From an uncultured Actinomycetota bacterium (GTDB lineage Bacteria > Actinomycetota > UBA4738 > HRBIN12), in contig CAVZUH010000004.1 in NCBI GenBank assembly GCA_963778505.1, positions 889,797 to 953,796 of the forward strand: a stretch of 64,000 nt of DNA, given 5' to 3'. This document shows, piece after piece, positions 62,842 to 64,000 of the stretch. Made by a program: the position numbers and the translations under genes. Under the pieces are notes generated by a model, which did no database searches, was not told the DNA's origin, and was given only the letters and a program-made list of their open reading frames with translations. Position 1 is the first letter of the stretch. The number at the start of each line of letters is the position of its first letter.

Positions 62842-63108
62842 ATGAACGGCACGGACGACGGACGGCGCTTCGAGATGCCGGAGGGGATCTCCCCGGAAGA
62901 GGAGCGGGCGATCCTGATGTCCCTCGAGCGCTACTTCTCCACCGAGAACCCCAAGCCGCCGGCGTGGGTACTCCAAGGACGGATCGACGCGACGGGCTTC
63001 GGGGCGCTCCAGGTGCGCCGATTCGCCCGGGAACCGTGGCACGGGCAGTGGGTGGAGTTCGCGCGCAAGGGCGTCCCTCCGGTCCACGGGCGCGGCGACG
63101 TCCGTTGA
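62842..63108 (+). CDS. Possible acyl-CoA carboxylase epsilon subunit
   Basis: 88-aa ORF directly after pccB. SPEEERAILMSL...PPAW loosely resembles AccE/PccE. The call rests mostly on position. Confidence 0.4.
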   Translation: MNGTDDGRRFEMPEGISPEEERAILMSLERYFSTENPKPPAWVLQGRIDATGFGALQVRRFAREPWHGQWVEFARKGVPPVHGRGDVR

Positions 63109-63746
63109 CGACCGCGGCCGACTACACGCACTGCCCCAACTGTCTGGCGGAGTACGGCGCCTGGTCGACGATCTGTCTCGACTGTGGCTCGGTGCTCGCG
63201 GCCGGCCCCTCTCCCGCCCACGAGGGGCAGGAGGAGGTGGGACCTGGCCGCGTGGAAGTGAGGGAGCGTGCGGAAGACTCAGCGACGGGAACGCTCGACC
63301 GATTCGCCCTCGAAGAGGAGCCGGTCGTGCTCACCTCCATGATCGAGGAGGACGTCGACGCCTTCCTCGTCGCGCTCGACGGGGAAGGGATCGGGGCGCG
63401 GCGGGGGGAACCGACGGGCGACGATGGGGTCGGGATCGTCGTGCACGCCGCGAACCTGATCGACGCGCAAGCCGCCCTCGTCGAATTCACGGGTGACGTC
63501 CGGCTCGTCGACGAGATCGCCGCCGATCCAAAGCAGGACGGAGCGGCGGACGATCTGGCGGTCCTCACCTGGACGCGTCTGCAGGACGTGGGTGCCCAGG
63601 CGAACCGCCTTCGTGAGGGCGGCGTCGATATCCGGATCGAGCTCCCGGACGAGGCGGAACGCGCTTCCCCGGCGGCTCAAGCAGCGATCTTGGTGCCCGT
63701 CGAGGAGCTCGACCGTGCCCGGGAGATCCTGGGGATCGAGCTCTGA
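63105..63746 (+). CDS. Hypothetical protein with N-terminal zinc ribbon
   Basis: TTG at 63105 overlaps the preceding stop (TTGA). CPNC...(13 aa)...CLDC, then an acidic region in two similar halves. The upstream part of ORF 62964..63746 overlaps the previous gene out of frame. Confidence 0.5.
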   Translation: MTTAADYTHCPNCLAEYGAWSTICLDCGSVLAAGPSPAHEGQEEVGPGRVEVRERAEDSATGTLDRFALEEEPVVLTSMIEEDVDAFLVALDGEGIGARRGEPTGDDGVGIVVHAANLIDAQAALVEFTGDVRLVDEIAADPKQDGAADDLAVLTWTRLQDVGAQANRLREGGVDIRIELPDEAERASPAAQAAILVPVEELDRAREILGIEL

Positions 63747-63748
63747 AC

Positions 63749-64000
63749 ATGGGTGCGACCGAACGAACCGGGAACGCGACGCGCACCGACGCCGTGGCCG
63801 CCTTCGAGGCCGAGGGATGCTCCCCGCCGCGTTTCTGGCGGAACGGACCCGACGAACGCTACGGGAGGCACGACCACGACTTCCACAAGGTGCTCTTCTG
63901 TCTCAGCGGTTCGATCGTGTTCCGCACCGACGACGGCGATATCGAGCTCACGGCGGGCGACCGGCTGGATCTTGGTCCCGGCACGCCGCACAGCGCGACC
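63749..64000 (+). CDS. Cupin-domain protein (N-terminal part; continues past the right window edge)
   Basis: ATG at 63749, open to the window end. GRHDHDFHKVLFCLSGSIVFRTDDGDIELTAGDRLDLGPGTPHSA is a cupin motif pattern. Confidence 0.6.
   Translation, partial: MGATERTGNATRTDAVAAFEAEGCSPPRFWRNGPDERYGRHDHDFHKVLFCLSGSIVFRTDDGDIELTAGDRLDLGPGTPHSAT

Noticed and set aside
1-64000. Defence islands, prophage or mobile elements.
   Set aside because: I recognised no integrase, transposase, phage structural, restriction-modification, toxin-antitoxin or cas genes. Apart from the short AT-rich whiB leader I saw no composition shift suggestive of an island. The gene order matches a conserved actinobacterial core region.

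Overview
High-GC (about 70%) chromosomal segment with clear Actinomycetota signatures: WhiB, F420 genes fbiC/fbiA/fbiB, an LCP ligase, DUF3499, and a secA-hpf-comFC neighbourhood. I recognise about 62 protein genes. I found no rRNA, tRNA, CRISPR array, transposase or integrase. Note that the ORF track prints M for GTG and TTG starts and omits ORFs that run off the window.

Layout:
- 1-15.3 kb (almost all minus strand): secA, MFS transporter, AlsS-like TPP enzyme, nitroreductase (the one plus-strand gene), DinB, NarL-type regulator, hpf, comFC, ahcY, punA, SIS isomerase, Trm112, manB, DUF3499, L,D-transpeptidase.
- 15.4-25.4 kb: DUF5719-like gene, giant GT2, a histone-like basic repeat protein, whiB, fbiC, fbiA, fbiB.
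- 25.4-42.2 kb: a cell-envelope glycan region with two DUF3105 genes, SpoIID-LGFP, manC, Wzm/Wzt, five GT4 genes, a coiled-coil methyltransferase and LCP.
- 42.2-46 kb: a signalling island with REC-GGDEF-like, ECF sigma, RskA-type anti-sigma and CBS-nucleotidyltransferase genes.
- 46-64 kb: central and acyl-CoA metabolism (acnA, thioesterase, thiolase, ccr, mce, pccB, accE-like), plus a roughly 1000-aa coiled-coil kinase-like protein, an FtsH-like protease and a Cas4-like nuclease.

Main things worth a second look:
1. About 60 reading-frame breaks. They are strongly clustered (none in 1-15.3, 19.9-25.4 or 58.6-64 kb; about 1 per 220-250 bp in 46-54.5 kb). They are strongly biased toward one extra base, and I saw no nonsense codons. 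This looks more like consensus error than decay, but it needs checking.
2. A 241-nt comFC-hpf spacer in the position typical of the raiA-motif ncRNA.
3. A genuine purine-permease remnant with about 1.1 kb deleted.
4. A Wzm/Wzt locus with a Wzt C-terminal module and a coiled-coil methyltransferase, suggesting cap-dependent chain-length control.
5. A kinase-like protein with degenerate H, N and G boxes.

I did not find a convincing defence system or mobile element.
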